From contig CAMTUO010000033.1 of assembly GCA_947084955.1 (NCBI GenBank), positions 8,164-72,163 on the forward strand: a DNA stretch of 64,000 nt, read 5' to 3'. Of this stretch, positions 47,837 to 58,171 are shown piece by piece (the stretch's first letter is position 1; every line of letters starts with the position of its first letter). Made by a program: the position numbers and the translations under genes. The notes under the pieces are model-generated. The model saw only the letters and a program-made list of their open reading frames with translations. It ran no database searches and had not been told where the DNA came from. This DNA comes from an uncultured Gallionella sp. GTDB taxonomy: Bacteria; Pseudomonadota; Gammaproteobacteria; Burkholderiales; Gallionellaceae.

Positions 47837-49231
47837 TTAAAGCTGTTTTGCGGTATGCTCGGCCTGTTTTTCTTCGACAAATTGTGCCTTGTTGACGCCG
47901 ATAATGGCCAGCAGCACGCCTGAGTAAATAAAGGTGGAGAGCAGCACCACACCGACCACCACCGCCTTGAACATTTCAAGGTGTTCGAAGGCGGGCGGTA
48001 TCATCGACAACATCACGATGGATAATCCGCCCTTGATGCCGGCAAAAGTTAATACGCCCCACCAGCGGAAACTGACGCTGGCCATTGTGTCCGTCTTGTT
48101 GCTGATCCAGGCAAACAATCCCATCATCACCGCGCGTATCAGGGTGGTGGCCGCGAACATCACCAGAATTTCAAATTTGTACTTCAGCAGCAGACTCAGG
48201 TCTATCATTTCCGCCATGGCGACAAACAGGATGGTGTTGGCGACCAGCGCAAGTAACTGCACGTCTTCCTTGGTGCGCAGGTGACGTTCCCGTTCTGCTA
48301 CCGTCGCCTTGATGCGGTTCAATACGCTGCTGATGGCACTGGATGAAGTGGCAACCAGCTCGGCTTCCAGCTGGAGTTCAGCTTCGTCCTTGCCGATCTG
48401 CTGATTTTCGCCGGCGATCGCCTGTGTCATCACATGGTGTACGGTGATGGTGGCAAAGATGCAGGCCAGTATGCCGGACAGATGCATGTGGGTATGGGCG
48501 CCGAACAGATTCAGCACGCCGTAGAAATGTTCGGCCAGTTCGAAAGAGCCATAGCCGGTCATGATCAGCACCATCATTTCAGCGATCCTGTTTTCGGTGG
48601 TTTTCATCACAGCCAGGCCGATATAGCCGATCATTACCCCCACTGCCAGCGAGCCGAAGATGACGGCGCTGCTGATCTCGACCACATAGGCCGTGCTGAG
48701 CACGCCGCCATCCAGCGCATACAGTCCGATAAACACGAACACGATCAGGGCAGTTGCGTCATTGAACAGGCTTTCGCCTTCGGCCAGAATTTTCAGACGG
48801 TGCGGCAATTCGAATTTGGAAAATATGCTCACCACCGAGACCGGATCGGTCGCCAGCACCATGGCAAACAGCACGATGACGGCCGCAAACGAGAGGGAAT
48901 AGTCGGCAAACAGCATATCGGACATCAGCAGCGCCATGCCGACTGACAGGATCACTGCGACCACTGCCAGATACAGCAGGCTGAGGCCCTGTTCCTTCAG
49001 GTCGGCAAGCTTGAGTTCGAGCGAATCGGAAATGAGCAGCACCGGCAGCAGGAAAATCACCAGCGTGGCGAAATGTTCTGCGTCCCCGGTCAGTACGGGA
49101 GCTTGCTGGAAGCCATAGTGAGCTGCAAAAGACAATGCAATCAGGCCGAGCGGCGAGGGTACATTGAGCTTGTCTTCAAGCTGGAGCGCAAGATAAAGAA
49201 TGCCGGCGATCATCAATAAGGTGGTTATCAT
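47837..49231 (-). CDS. CPA1-family Na+/H+ antiporter
   Basis: ATDPVSV, GESLFNDA, HLSGILA and GIKGGLS. Confidence 0.9.
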   Translation of the reverse strand: MITTLLMIAGILYLALQLEDKLNVPSPLGLIALSFAAHYGFQQAPVLTGDAEHFATLVIFLLPVLLISDSLELKLADLKEQGLSLLYLAVVAVILSVGMALLMSDMLFADYSLSFAAVIVLFAMVLATDPVSVVSIFSKFELPHRLKILAEGESLFNDATALIVFVFIGLYALDGGVLSTAYVVEISSAVIFGSLAVGVMIGYIGLAVMKTTENRIAEMMVLIMTGYGSFELAEHFYGVLNLFGAHTHMHLSGILACIFATITVHHVMTQAIAGENQQIGKDEAELQLEAELVATSSSAISSVLNRIKATVAERERHLRTKEDVQLLALVANTILFVAMAEMIDLSLLLKYKFEILVMFAATTLIRAVMMGLFAWISNKTDTMASVSFRWWGVLTFAGIKGGLSIVMLSMIPPAFEHLEMFKAVVVGVVLLSTFIYSGVLLAIIGVNKAQFVEEKQAEHTAKQL

Positions 49232-49274
49232 TTTATGTATTATCCTTTGAAAAGTGCATGTGTTGTGTCATCGA

Positions 49275-50966
49275 TCATGCGGTCTTGCTGCCAGTCACCT
49301 GAAACGCCGGCGCGGCATAGCCGCCGGTCGCGAGGACGCTCGGTACCGTTGTGGCATTGCCGTCACGCACCGCATAGTAATGCGGTGACATGATTTCGAC
49401 ACCTGCGGCATCGAATTTTTTCAGGATGTTCTGGTGCAGGTCTGAGTAGATGTGCGCCATTTTTTCGGGTTCCTTGGTATAGGCGTTGATTTCGTAGCTG
49501 ACGTAAAAATCGTCCAGCGAGGTCTGCAGTACAAAAGGTTCGGGATGATTCAGCAGTTTATCGGTCGCGATGGCCGCTTCGATCAGCAGGGCTTGTACGG
49601 TTTGCCAGGGCACGTCATAACCGATGGTGACCGAGGTGTGCAGGATGACGCCTGCGCCTTCTGCTGCCGAGGTGCTGTAATTGATGATCTGCGCGCCCAT
49701 CACCAGTGAATTGGGTATGGTGACCACCACGTGTTTGATGGTCTTGATACGTGTGACCAGCAGCGTTTTTTCCACCACGTCGCCTGTGGTATCGCCGACC
49801 TTGATCCGGTCGTTCAGCCTGAAGGCGCGGGTATAAGTCAGGATGATGCCGGCCACGATATTGGAAATGGCCGAGGAGGAGGCAAAGGAGATGATCGCGC
49901 CCAGCACCAGACCCACGCCCTGAAAGGCCTCCGAGCTGGAGCCGGGAATGTAGGGATAGGCGCTGATCAGCGCGGTCACGATCACCAGAAAGCGGATGAT
50001 CTGGTAAGTCGGCAGCGCCCAGTCATCATAAAACCAGTCGAATTTCAGTTCACCGCGCTCGATCAGCATGAAAACATAGGCGATCAGCTTGATCGTATAG
50101 AACGCGATGACGCCGATGACAAAAATGTAAAACAGGTTCGGGATGTACTTGACGATGGTTTGAAAGATGGTGCTGAACGGGGTGATGAGATAGTCGAAAA
50201 TTTTGGCGCCCAGTTTGCGCGTCTCGGGGAAAAAACTCAAAATCAGCGGCAGGAAAAAATACCAGCACAGCAGCATGACAAAAATGCGCAGGGACTTGAG
50301 TATCATCAGCATCACATTCTCAATCCGGCTGGCGGAAAGCACTTCTACCTCCTTGAAATGCAGCCCGCGCCCCCAGGATTTCTGCATGCCGGATGCCTTG
50401 ATTCTCAGCCATGTGAACGCCTTGTTGTTCCAGTGCAGCGCAAGCCACAAGCCGAGGATGGAAACGAGCGTTAAAGTAGCGCCCAGACCATAGGTTTTCC
50501 AGGTTTGTTTGCTGCGATACGCCTCGATGGCAGTTTGAATGCGTGCCAGTGTGGTCTGGGCCAGTTCGCTGCCGGTTTTGCCGGACTTTTCTGCATCCTG
50601 TGCCGTGACCACCATCAACATGCGCTCATCATTGCCAATGCCGATTCCTTCGGGCAGCGTGATCAGCTTGAGGCTTTTCGCGCCGGCATTGCTGTCGGCA
50701 AAGATTCGTATGTTTTTTTCAATGAGGCGGGCCCGATTTTCGGGCGTGAGTGAACCGATCGGGCTGCTGCTGACCAGGAAAATTTCCGTGTCGGCGAAGC
50801 GTACCGGAAAGTCAGAGTCGGGCTGTTCTGCCGCGGACGACGCAGCCACCGCGGGCGCTTCCGGGACAGGCACGTGTGGGGAGAGGCGGCTTTGATCGGC
50901 AAACAAAAAACCGCTTGCCAACGATCCGAGAAAAAAATACAAAATCAGTGCAATATTTTTCAACAT
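49275..50966 (-). CDS. Mechanosensitive ion channel (MscS family) with a periplasmic N-terminal domain
   Basis: SNIVAGIILTYTRAFRLNDRIKVG...TIPNS...VTIGYDVPW...GVEIMSPH. Confidence 0.9.
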   Translation of the reverse strand: MLKNIALILYFFLGSLASGFLFADQSRLSPHVPVPEAPAVAASSAAEQPDSDFPVRFADTEIFLVSSSPIGSLTPENRARLIEKNIRIFADSNAGAKSLKLITLPEGIGIGNDERMLMVVTAQDAEKSGKTGSELAQTTLARIQTAIEAYRSKQTWKTYGLGATLTLVSILGLWLALHWNNKAFTWLRIKASGMQKSWGRGLHFKEVEVLSASRIENVMLMILKSLRIFVMLLCWYFFLPLILSFFPETRKLGAKIFDYLITPFSTIFQTIVKYIPNLFYIFVIGVIAFYTIKLIAYVFMLIERGELKFDWFYDDWALPTYQIIRFLVIVTALISAYPYIPGSSSEAFQGVGLVLGAIISFASSSAISNIVAGIILTYTRAFRLNDRIKVGDTTGDVVEKTLLVTRIKTIKHVVVTIPNSLVMGAQIINYSTSAAEGAGVILHTSVTIGYDVPWQTVQALLIEAAIATDKLLNHPEPFVLQTSLDDFYVSYEINAYTKEPEKMAHIYSDLHQNILKKFDAAGVEIMSPHYYAVRDGNATTVPSVLATGGYAAPAFQVTGSKTA

Positions 50967-51026
50967 GTTTAATATTTCAGGGTTGGTTGTGCAACGGCCA
51001 TACCAGACAGCCGCGTGTCGGGAAAA

Positions 51027-51929
51027 TCAGGTATCGCCTTGTGATATACGAACATGAGGTATGTCCGACAGCTCGACTGTGGTTGAACCGATCTGTACCC
51101 GACCGTGCGTTTCTTCAATGCCTGTCAGGATATGGGTAAATAGCTTGTCTTTGGTGCTGCGCCGGACGCGGTAATCGACGACATAGCGCAAGGTGAACTC
51201 GATGTAGTTGGAGTCAAAGCTCATGGTCACGAAGGGATCCAGCCTGGCATCTTCGACACGATAGTGGCGTACAAATTTTTGCCAGGAATGCTGCAAGGCA
51301 TCACTGATGTCTGGCAGGGCGATTTTTGCTGCCTGTTCGATGATGCGTCGCGCAAGCACATGATCCGAAACGGTGCGCACCGGAATGACGATCTCATCCC
51401 ATAAAAAGGGAAAGTCAGACGTGTAATTGATGACGTGTTCACTGAACACCAGACTGTTTGACAGGCGCACCAGACGTCCATTGTATAAATCCGCCTTCAC
51501 CCAGCCGCCGCATTCCATTACCGTCGTGATCATCGGGTTGATGTCGATCACGTCCCCCATGATGCCGCTCATCTGAATTCGGTCGCCGGGTTTATACATT
51601 CCCCAGAACGAGATAATGAGCCATCCGAAAAAGCTTTGAATGACTTCGCGCAGCGCAAAACCGACACCCACGCTGAGCGCACCGAGAATGACGGTCAGGT
51701 TGGTTATCTGCTTGCTGAAGATGGTCAGAATAACAGCGAGCAGGAGTATGCCGCCTGCCAGACTAACCGCCTTGCGCATTTTATAGCGCAGGTCTTTGTC
51801 GTCGATTTTTCTTGAAGTAGCGGCCTGGGCAAAACGCACCAGCAAAAAAATCAGCAGCGTGGCTAAAACGGCTTCCGCACTTTTGATGAGTAGCGCCTGG
51901 GTAAAAAAATGATCGAGCGAGATATCCAT
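51027..51929 (-). CDS. Small mechanosensitive ion channel (MscS family)
   Basis: GVGFALREVI...YKPGDRIQ...GDVIDI...FLWDEI. Confidence 0.88.
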   Translation of the reverse strand: MDISLDHFFTQALLIKSAEAVLATLLIFLLVRFAQAATSRKIDDKDLRYKMRKAVSLAGGILLLAVILTIFSKQITNLTVILGALSVGVGFALREVIQSFFGWLIISFWGMYKPGDRIQMSGIMGDVIDINPMITTVMECGGWVKADLYNGRLVRLSNSLVFSEHVINYTSDFPFLWDEIVIPVRTVSDHVLARRIIEQAAKIALPDISDALQHSWQKFVRHYRVEDARLDPFVTMSFDSNYIEFTLRYVVDYRVRRSTKDKLFTHILTGIEETHGRVQIGSTTVELSDIPHVRISQGDT

Positions 51930-51941
51930 GATTTTTCGGGA

Positions 51942-53282
51942 TTACATATAGCGCATCCACAGATAAAGCGTGCTGACCAGGATGGTGGCCAGCATCATCG
52001 GAAACGCCAGGAAGAAGAAGGGTAAAAAACGTATAGGTTGACCGGAACGCTCCGCAAATCCGGCAACAACCAGATTGGCCGATGCACCCATGATACTGCC
52101 GTTGCCGCCCAGACAGGCACCTAACGCCAGGGACCACCACAGCATGGCGGTATTGTTTTCGCCGACAGAGGGTGCGATGTCTTGTATGACAGGTATCATG
52201 GTCGCAACGAAAGGGATGTTGTCTACCAGCGCAGAGGCGACAGCGGATACCCAGAGGATGAACATGGCCATCACTTTTGCGTCGCCACCGGTCAGTTTCA
52301 GCATGCCGTCGGAGAGCATGTTCAACAGTCCGGCCTTTTCGATACCGGCCACCACGACAAATAAACCGACAAAGAAGAAGATGGTCACCCATTCCACTTC
52401 ACCGAAGGCGCGATGTACAAAGTGGGATTGCTCCTCGGAAGACAGGCTAAAGGTACGCAGCAACAGCAGTAACGCCGCGCCGAACATCGCGATGGTGGCA
52501 GGCTCCAGACCAAGATGATGTGCCATGACAAAGCCGGCCATAACCAGTGCAATCACGAATAAAGCCTGTTTGAGCAGCAACGGATCGGTAATGGCTTCCT
52601 TCTCATTGAATGCCATGACCTGCGCGCGATCTTCCGAAGCGGCATGCAGTTTGCGTCCCCACAGCAGGTAGAGCGGAATGATCAGCAGTGCAAAAATCAG
52701 CAACGCAATCGGCGCCATGTTCCATAGAAAATCATTGAAGTCCAGTTTGGCGGCGGAAGCGATCATGATATTGGGCGGATCGCCGATCAGCGTAGCGGCG
52801 CCGCCAATATTGGAGGAGAAAATGATGGTGAACAGATACGGGTAGGCGTTTAATTTCAAGGCGTCGGTGATCAGCAAGGCGACCGGTGCGATCAGCAGGA
52901 CGGTGGTGACGTTATCCAGGAGGGCCGAAAAAACGGCCGTAATTACCGCCAGCATGACCAGCAGTCCCCACGGGTCGGCACGCACCGTTTTGGCAGCCAG
53001 CACCGCAACATATTGGAATACGCCGCATTTCTGGGTGAGGGAGACGATCACCATCATCCCGGTCAGCAGGCCGATGGTATTCAGATCAAGCGCTGCAAAT
53101 GCCTCGGTTTGATGCAGCACGCCGGTAAAAATCATCAGTCCGGCACCCAGTAAAGCAACGACCGCGCGGTTGATTCTTTCGGTGACGATCACGAAATAGG
53201 TCAATACAAAAACGACCAGTGAGACGACAACCGGGCTCAAATCCAGAATGATCTGCGATGAGGAATGTGCAAAATTGCTCAT
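51942..53282 (-). CDS. ArsB/NhaD (ion transporter superfamily) permease
   Basis: SALLDNVTT, TLIGDPPN, LVDNIPF and GACLGGNG...ASAN. Confidence 0.88.
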   Translation of the reverse strand: MSNFAHSSSQIILDLSPVVVSLVVFVLTYFVIVTERINRAVVALLGAGLMIFTGVLHQTEAFAALDLNTIGLLTGMMVIVSLTQKCGVFQYVAVLAAKTVRADPWGLLVMLAVITAVFSALLDNVTTVLLIAPVALLITDALKLNAYPYLFTIIFSSNIGGAATLIGDPPNIMIASAAKLDFNDFLWNMAPIALLIFALLIIPLYLLWGRKLHAASEDRAQVMAFNEKEAITDPLLLKQALFVIALVMAGFVMAHHLGLEPATIAMFGAALLLLLRTFSLSSEEQSHFVHRAFGEVEWVTIFFFVGLFVVVAGIEKAGLLNMLSDGMLKLTGGDAKVMAMFILWVSAVASALVDNIPFVATMIPVIQDIAPSVGENNTAMLWWSLALGACLGGNGSIMGASANLVVAGFAERSGQPIRFLPFFFLAFPMMLATILVSTLYLWMRYM

Positions 53283-53740
53283 GGTTGCTCCTGCTTCAGC
53301 AGATAGGACAGCAGCGCGCGGCGGGACAGCACGCCGATCAGCGTGCCGTCACGACCCACCACGGGCAGCGGCGAACCAGTGGATGCCAGCAGTTTGGCCG
53401 CTTCCAGGATGTGGCTGTCTTCATGGAGAACAGCGATGTCCTTTTTGGCAAATTCGCCGGCTTTGAGAGCTGTCAGCTTTTTTAAATGCCCTGTCAGCAA
53501 ACGCACCGCATCGCCTACAAACTTCAGATTAGACAGTCCGCCTTCGACCTGCGCGCTGGCGGGTATGATCGCTCTGATAATGGCATTGGTGCTGAGCATG
53601 CCGATAAATTGTTTGCCCTCGCCGCATACGCAAAGATGGTTGACTTCATTGCTCAGCATGAGTTCGAGCGCGTGCTGCAGGTTCTCGTTCTGGCTGATGC
53701 ACAGGTTGGACGAATAAAGCGGTATGGAACTGACTGGCAT
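53279..53740 (-). CDS. Stand-alone CBS-pair protein
   Basis: Two CBS repeats (HLCVC...FIGMLS and LPVVG...LIGVLS); ATGG/TGA-type overlap with the permease gene. Confidence 0.85.
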   Translation of the reverse strand: MPVSSIPLYSSNLCISQNENLQHALELMLSNEVNHLCVCGEGKQFIGMLSTNAIIRAIIPASAQVEGGLSNLKFVGDAVRLLTGHLKKLTALKAGEFAKKDIAVLHEDSHILEAAKLLASTGSPLPVVGRDGTLIGVLSRRALLSYLLKQEQP

Positions 53741-53750
53741 GCTGCCTCCG

Positions 53751-55181
53751 TTATTTTCGGGTTTCTATGGTGAGCTTGACTTCGTCAACTCCTGTTCTGA
53801 CTTTGAGCCAGGCGAGGATTTTTTTACGGTCGGCTCTCGAAATGGCTTTTTTGGATGTCACATTGAGCAATAAAACCGATGGGCCTGCCGTTGTCCCTGC
53901 CTGATATGCGTTTGTCCTGGCGATGGCAAGTTTGATTACCTGCGGATATTGCGCGGACAGTTCGTTGAATATTTGTTGTTGTTCTTTCAGTTGCGCATCT
54001 TGCTGGTTTTTCTGTTCTTTGATTCGTTCACTCTGCTGGCTGTATTGTTCACGCAAGCTGGAAAGTTCAGTTTCAATCACCTGTAATTGTTTATTTTTAC
54101 TGTCAAATGTCTGCTGGTTGCTGCTTAATACATCGGCGAGCAGCGATTTTTTAAGAGATGCCTCATCCAGTTTCTGAATGATGGTCTGATGGACGACCAG
54201 TTTGGCGCGAGGCAGACCATATTGCGTTAATTTTTTGGAAAGTTCGGACAATTTTGCATCGTCGACTTTTTGTCCTACGAGGGTGACGTCAATGGTCTTC
54301 TCATCCGGAGAAATTTTCTGTTTTGCAATGAAACCATTTTCGAACACCATTTCATTTTTGATAAATTCATTGGTGCGCGACTTGAACACTTCACGGGTGA
54401 CCAGACCGTATGCCAGATAAATGCTGGGCAGTACCGTCGCCAATACGACGGCGTAAATAATGCGCTTTACTTTTTTTCCACGATCCTCACTCACAAAATT
54501 TGTGTGAGGCGGATTGATATAGCTGACCAGCAATAAAGTCGCGAAGGCAATGAAAACGCAGTTGATTAAAAACAGGTAAAACGCACCAAAAAACATTTCC
54601 ATTGAGCCATTGGCTAATCCATAGCCCGCCGTACACAGGGGCGGCATCAAAGCCGTGGCGATGGCAACCCCGGGTATGACATTGGTTTTTTCACGGCGCG
54701 TGGCCGCGATGATGCCGGCCAGTCCGCCGAACAGGGCAATTAATACATCCCAGATGCTGGGCGTCGTTCGCGCCAGCAGTTCCGATTGCGCAGCGGACAA
54801 AGGGCTGATCAGGAAATAGACCGAGGAAGTGAACAGTCCAATCAAAAATGAAATGAGCAGATTGCCCAGTGACTTCCTGATCAGTAAATAGTCGTTGATC
54901 GCTGCGCCATAACCCACACCCATAATGGGGCCCATCAGCGGAGAAATCAGCATGGCACCGATGATGACGGCGATGGAGTTGACGTTCAGTCCGATAGAGG
55001 CAATAAAGATCGCCAGCATCAGCAGCCAGAGGTTGGTTCCCCTGATTTCGACGCCATCACGAATATTCCGATCGACGTCGTCAAAATGCCCTTGATCGTG
55101 ACGTAAAGTGAATCGATAGGCCAGCGCCGCGCGAAATCTGGCGACAGACCATCGGGTGGATTTTTTGTCTTCAGCCACCAT
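53751..55181 (-). CDS. DUF389 (TIGR00341-like) membrane protein with a C-terminal coiled-coil extension
   Basis: AVIIGAMLISPLMGP, ELLART and PGVAIATALMPPLC. Confidence 0.88.
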   Translation of the reverse strand: MVAEDKKSTRWSVARFRAALAYRFTLRHDQGHFDDVDRNIRDGVEIRGTNLWLLMLAIFIASIGLNVNSIAVIIGAMLISPLMGPIMGVGYGAAINDYLLIRKSLGNLLISFLIGLFTSSVYFLISPLSAAQSELLARTTPSIWDVLIALFGGLAGIIAATRREKTNVIPGVAIATALMPPLCTAGYGLANGSMEMFFGAFYLFLINCVFIAFATLLLVSYINPPHTNFVSEDRGKKVKRIIYAVVLATVLPSIYLAYGLVTREVFKSRTNEFIKNEMVFENGFIAKQKISPDEKTIDVTLVGQKVDDAKLSELSKKLTQYGLPRAKLVVHQTIIQKLDEASLKKSLLADVLSSNQQTFDSKNKQLQVIETELSSLREQYSQQSERIKEQKNQQDAQLKEQQQIFNELSAQYPQVIKLAIARTNAYQAGTTAGPSVLLLNVTSKKAISRADRKKILAWLKVRTGVDEVKLTIETRK

Positions 55182-55256
55182 ACATCTCCCTGTGTGTTCA
55201 GGAATAGCTTATACGCTTTTATCGGCGACGTGCAAAGTCAAACTGACAGGTGTGTG

Positions 55257-56078
55257 TTAACGCGTCAGGCGATCGAAAAAGTAATTGGTTGCCTCGACGA
55301 AACCTTCCAGACTGCCGCAATCGAATCGGCGTCCCTTGAATCGATAGGCGATGACTTTTCCCCGTGCCGCCTGGGTTTGCAGCGCATCGGTGAGCTGGAC
55401 CTCGTTGTTCTTGTCGGGCGTGGTATTTCTCAGTATCTCGAATATGTCGGGCGTCAGGATGTATCGCCCGATGACGGCAAGATTTGAAGGCGCATCCTCT
55501 GGCAGGGGTTTTTCGACCATCTGCTCGATGCGGATATGTTCATCATCCAGATGTTGCCCATTGATGATGCCGTATTTGCTGACCATGTGAGCAGGCACTT
55601 CTTCTACCGCGACGACGCTGCATTGATATTTTTCATAGACGCGCATCATCTGGGTCATGATGCCATCCGTTTCGCCAACTCCGAGGTCATCGGCCAATAT
55701 TACGCCGAATGCGTGTTGTCCGATCAGCGCCTCGCCAGTCAGGATGGCGTCGCCCAGACCGCGCATCTGATTCTGCCGGGTGTAAGTAAAGGTGCAATGT
55801 TTGATCAGTTTGCGTATGCAGCTGAGCCGCTCCTCATTGCTGGTGCCGCTGATCATGTCTTCGAGCTCATACGTGGTGTCGAAATGGTCTTCGATGGCGC
55901 GTTTGTTGCGTCCGGTCACAAATGCGATATTTTTCATCCCCGCCTCTAACGCTTCCTCCACGCCATATTGGATCAGCGGTTTGGTGAGGATGGGCAGCAT
56001 TTCTTTGGGTTGCGCCTTGGTTGCGGGAAGAAACCGGGTGCCGTATCCGGCGACCGGGAAAAGACATTTTACGATCAT
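55257..56078 (-). CDS. galU: UTP--glucose-1-phosphate uridylyltransferase
   Basis: AGYGTRFLPATKAQPKEMLP, GLGDAI, VEKP and FDCGS. Confidence 0.93.
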   Translation of the reverse strand: MIVKCLFPVAGYGTRFLPATKAQPKEMLPILTKPLIQYGVEEALEAGMKNIAFVTGRNKRAIEDHFDTTYELEDMISGTSNEERLSCIRKLIKHCTFTYTRQNQMRGLGDAILTGEALIGQHAFGVILADDLGVGETDGIMTQMMRVYEKYQCSVVAVEEVPAHMVSKYGIINGQHLDDEHIRIEQMVEKPLPEDAPSNLAVIGRYILTPDIFEILRNTTPDKNNEVQLTDALQTQAARGKVIAYRFKGRRFDCGSLEGFVEATNYFFDRLTR

Positions 56079-56328
56079 GGTTCTCTTTGTTGTCAGGTTA
56101 GTCAGTCAGCCAGCAGTACGTCAACGCTTGTTTCTGGATAGTCTCTTTTTAACCGAGATGCGCTCGCCTGTACAGCGCTCTTTCATGGAATTTTGCCAAT
56201 TGAACAGAGCGTGTCGGTCATTTTTTCAATTAAATTGTATTTGCATCAATATAGTTTATGCAGGCGAAGCGCGCAAGCTTTATAATGTCGGGGTCTTTAA
56301 AATTGCCGTCCTACTGTTGAGGTCCAAC

Positions 56329-56808
56329 TTGAGTCATCCTAAAAATAAAGAACTCGCACTTCAGGTGTTGAAAAAATTTCGCATCATTTACGGTTCGGTG
56401 CGACAGCATTTTCGCGAAGTGGAGCAGACGTGCGGTGTATCCGGGTCGCAGTTGTGGATCATGCAGGAGATTGCGAATACCCCCGGCATTGGTGTCTCGG
56501 AGCTGGCCGGACGCCTGTCTATTCATCAGTCCACCTGCAGTCAGCTGGTTGAAAAGCTGGTGACGCGTAAACTGATTATCAAGGAGCGCAGTCTGGAAGA
56601 TCAGCGCAGGGTGGGGCTGCGTCTGGAAGAGGCGGCGGCGAAAATTATCAAGTCGGCGCCCGGGCCATCAGAAGGGGTATTGCCGGAAGCCTTGTCGGCG
56701 CTCACCATTCAAACCATGCAGGAACTTGATTTATCGCTTGGGAAAGTCATACAGAAGCTGAAAATAAAAGACGAGAAGCTGGCCGAAAAGCCGTTGTCGG
56801 ATATGTGA
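56329..56808 (+). CDS. MarR-family transcriptional regulator
   Basis: TTG start after GAGG; winged-helix motif ELAGRLSIHQSTCSQLVEKL...EDQRRV; TATAAT at 56281. Confidence 0.85.
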   Translation: MSHPKNKELALQVLKKFRIIYGSVRQHFREVEQTCGVSGSQLWIMQEIANTPGIGVSELAGRLSIHQSTCSQLVEKLVTRKLIIKERSLEDQRRVGLRLEEAAAKIIKSAPGPSEGVLPEALSALTIQTMQELDLSLGKVIQKLKIKDEKLAEKPLSDM

Positions 56809-56983
56809 GGTGTTCGTCCGATTTGCAGTGAATGAATCGGTAAGATCGATCGCTAATTTGTGGGCTGGTAAAAATAAGTCGCGCTGGTGATATTGGCCGA
56901 TGTGGCTATAATGGCAGTGTTTCGGTGACAGACTGAAATACCCCGTTCAGAGGGGATACGACTGACTAATCAAGGAGAGATTC

Positions 56984-57358
56984 ATGAAGAAATTGATCGC
57001 ATTGGCTTGTCTGGGTTTCGCGGTAGTTGTATCGGCACCGGCTTTTGCAGGCGCACAGCAGGAAAAAATGAAAGGCTGCAATGTCGAAGCCAAGGGGTTG
57101 AAAGGCGATGAACGCAAGGCTTTCATGAGTAAGTGCCTGAAGAAGGATTACACACTGAAATCGGCAGGTGCAGCAGCGAAACCGGAAGAGAAAACAGCGG
57201 CAAAGCCTGACGCCAAGCCTGTCGCAAGTGCAGCGGCGCCCGCAGCAGCACCAGCGACGCAACAGAATAAAATGAAAACTTGTAATGCGGATGCGAAGAC
57301 TAAGGCGCTCAAAGGCGAAGAACGTAAGGCCTTTATGAAGTCCTGTCTGAAGGGTTGA
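56984..57358 (+). CDS. Secreted protein with two PsiF repeats
   Basis: Signal peptide; QQ(E/N)KMK.CN..AK...LKG(D/E)ERKAFM..CL twice, joined by an Ala/Pro/Lys linker. Confidence 0.88.
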   Translation: MKKLIALACLGFAVVVSAPAFAGAQQEKMKGCNVEAKGLKGDERKAFMSKCLKKDYTLKSAGAAAKPEEKTAAKPDAKPVASAAAPAAAPATQQNKMKTCNADAKTKALKGEERKAFMKSCLKG

Positions 57359-57373
57359 TCTGCAATATTTCAT

Positions 57374-57405
57374 AAAAAAACCGCTGATTTTTCAGCGGTT
57401 TTTTT
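57374..57405. terminator. Bidirectional intrinsic terminator
   Basis: AAAAAAACCGCTGA-TTTT-TCAGCGGTTTTTTT. Confidence 0.85.
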
Positions 57406-57443
57406 ATGGGTGATGCTCAAGCGGCTGTCAAAATAGCGGAGTT

Positions 57444-57974
57444 TTATAGCAGAACTTTGATCCCCATTAGTATCAGCACGATCCCGCCGAAGATTTCTGC
57501 GCGACTTTCAAGCCAGGTGCCGCTATTTTTACCTATCAGGACGCCAGCCCAGCTGAAGAAAAAAGTCGTCACCCCAATGATGAAGCAGGCGAGATAGGCA
57601 TTCACGTTTAAAAGTGTCAGGCTGAAGCCGGCTGCCATTGCATCTATGCTGGTCGCGATGGACAGTATGAGCATCATCTTGTTGGTGATTACCGCGATGT
57701 CTTCTTCTATGCCTTCGTGCAGGCCTTCGTAAATCATCTTGGCGCCGATCAGCGCCAGTAAGGCGAAAGCGATCCAGTGTGCATAGGCATCGAGCCAGCC
57801 TAAAACGCCCTTGCCACCCAGGTAGCCGATGAAAGGCATCAGGCCCTGAAAAGCGCCAAAGAAAATCCCGGCTTTTAATCCCAGATTGCGGGTGTGTTTT
57901 TTGGAGCCCAGGCCGATAGAGACGGCAAAAGCATCCATGCTGAGCGCGATGGCTAAAACAATTACATCAAACAT
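57444..57974 (-). CDS. mntP: Manganese efflux pump MntP family
   Basis: [10 protein letters not shown] and [10 protein letters not shown]. Confidence 0.88.
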   Translation of the reverse strand: MFDVIVLAIALSMDAFAVSIGLGSKKHTRNLGLKAGIFFGAFQGLMPFIGYLGGKGVLGWLDAYAHWIAFALLALIGAKMIYEGLHEGIEEDIAVITNKMMLILSIATSIDAMAAGFSLTLLNVNAYLACFIIGVTTFFFSWAGVLIGKNSGTWLESRAEIFGGIVLILMGIKVLL

Positions 57975-58072
57975 GTCGAAGATTCGGAAGAGTTGGAGTC
58001 GGGGTAGTCTTGTGCGTAGCAGGATTGTACACGGCTATCCGAGCGGGTGATTACGATAGATTTAGCTTCCGT

Positions 58073-58149
58073 TTGATGCAGTCGGTCTAATCCGTTATAA
58101 TGCGCGCTAATCTTTTGCGGGAGGAACTCACGGTTCTTCCCGCTTCTTT
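58073..58149 (+). promoter_or_regulatory. carA promoter with a GC-rich discriminator and a terminator-like leader hairpin
   Basis: TTGATG-17 bp-TATAAT-GCGCGC; GCGGGAGGAAC-TCACG-GTTCTTCCCGC-TTCTTT. Confidence 0.65.
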
Positions 58150-58171
58150 ATGTCTTTCTTGGGGGTATCTG

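Noticed and set aside
57975-58072. yybP-ykoY manganese riboswitch expected upstream of mntP
   Set aside because: The region is short and shared with the carA promoter, and I could not see the conserved motif. An Infernal search would settle it.
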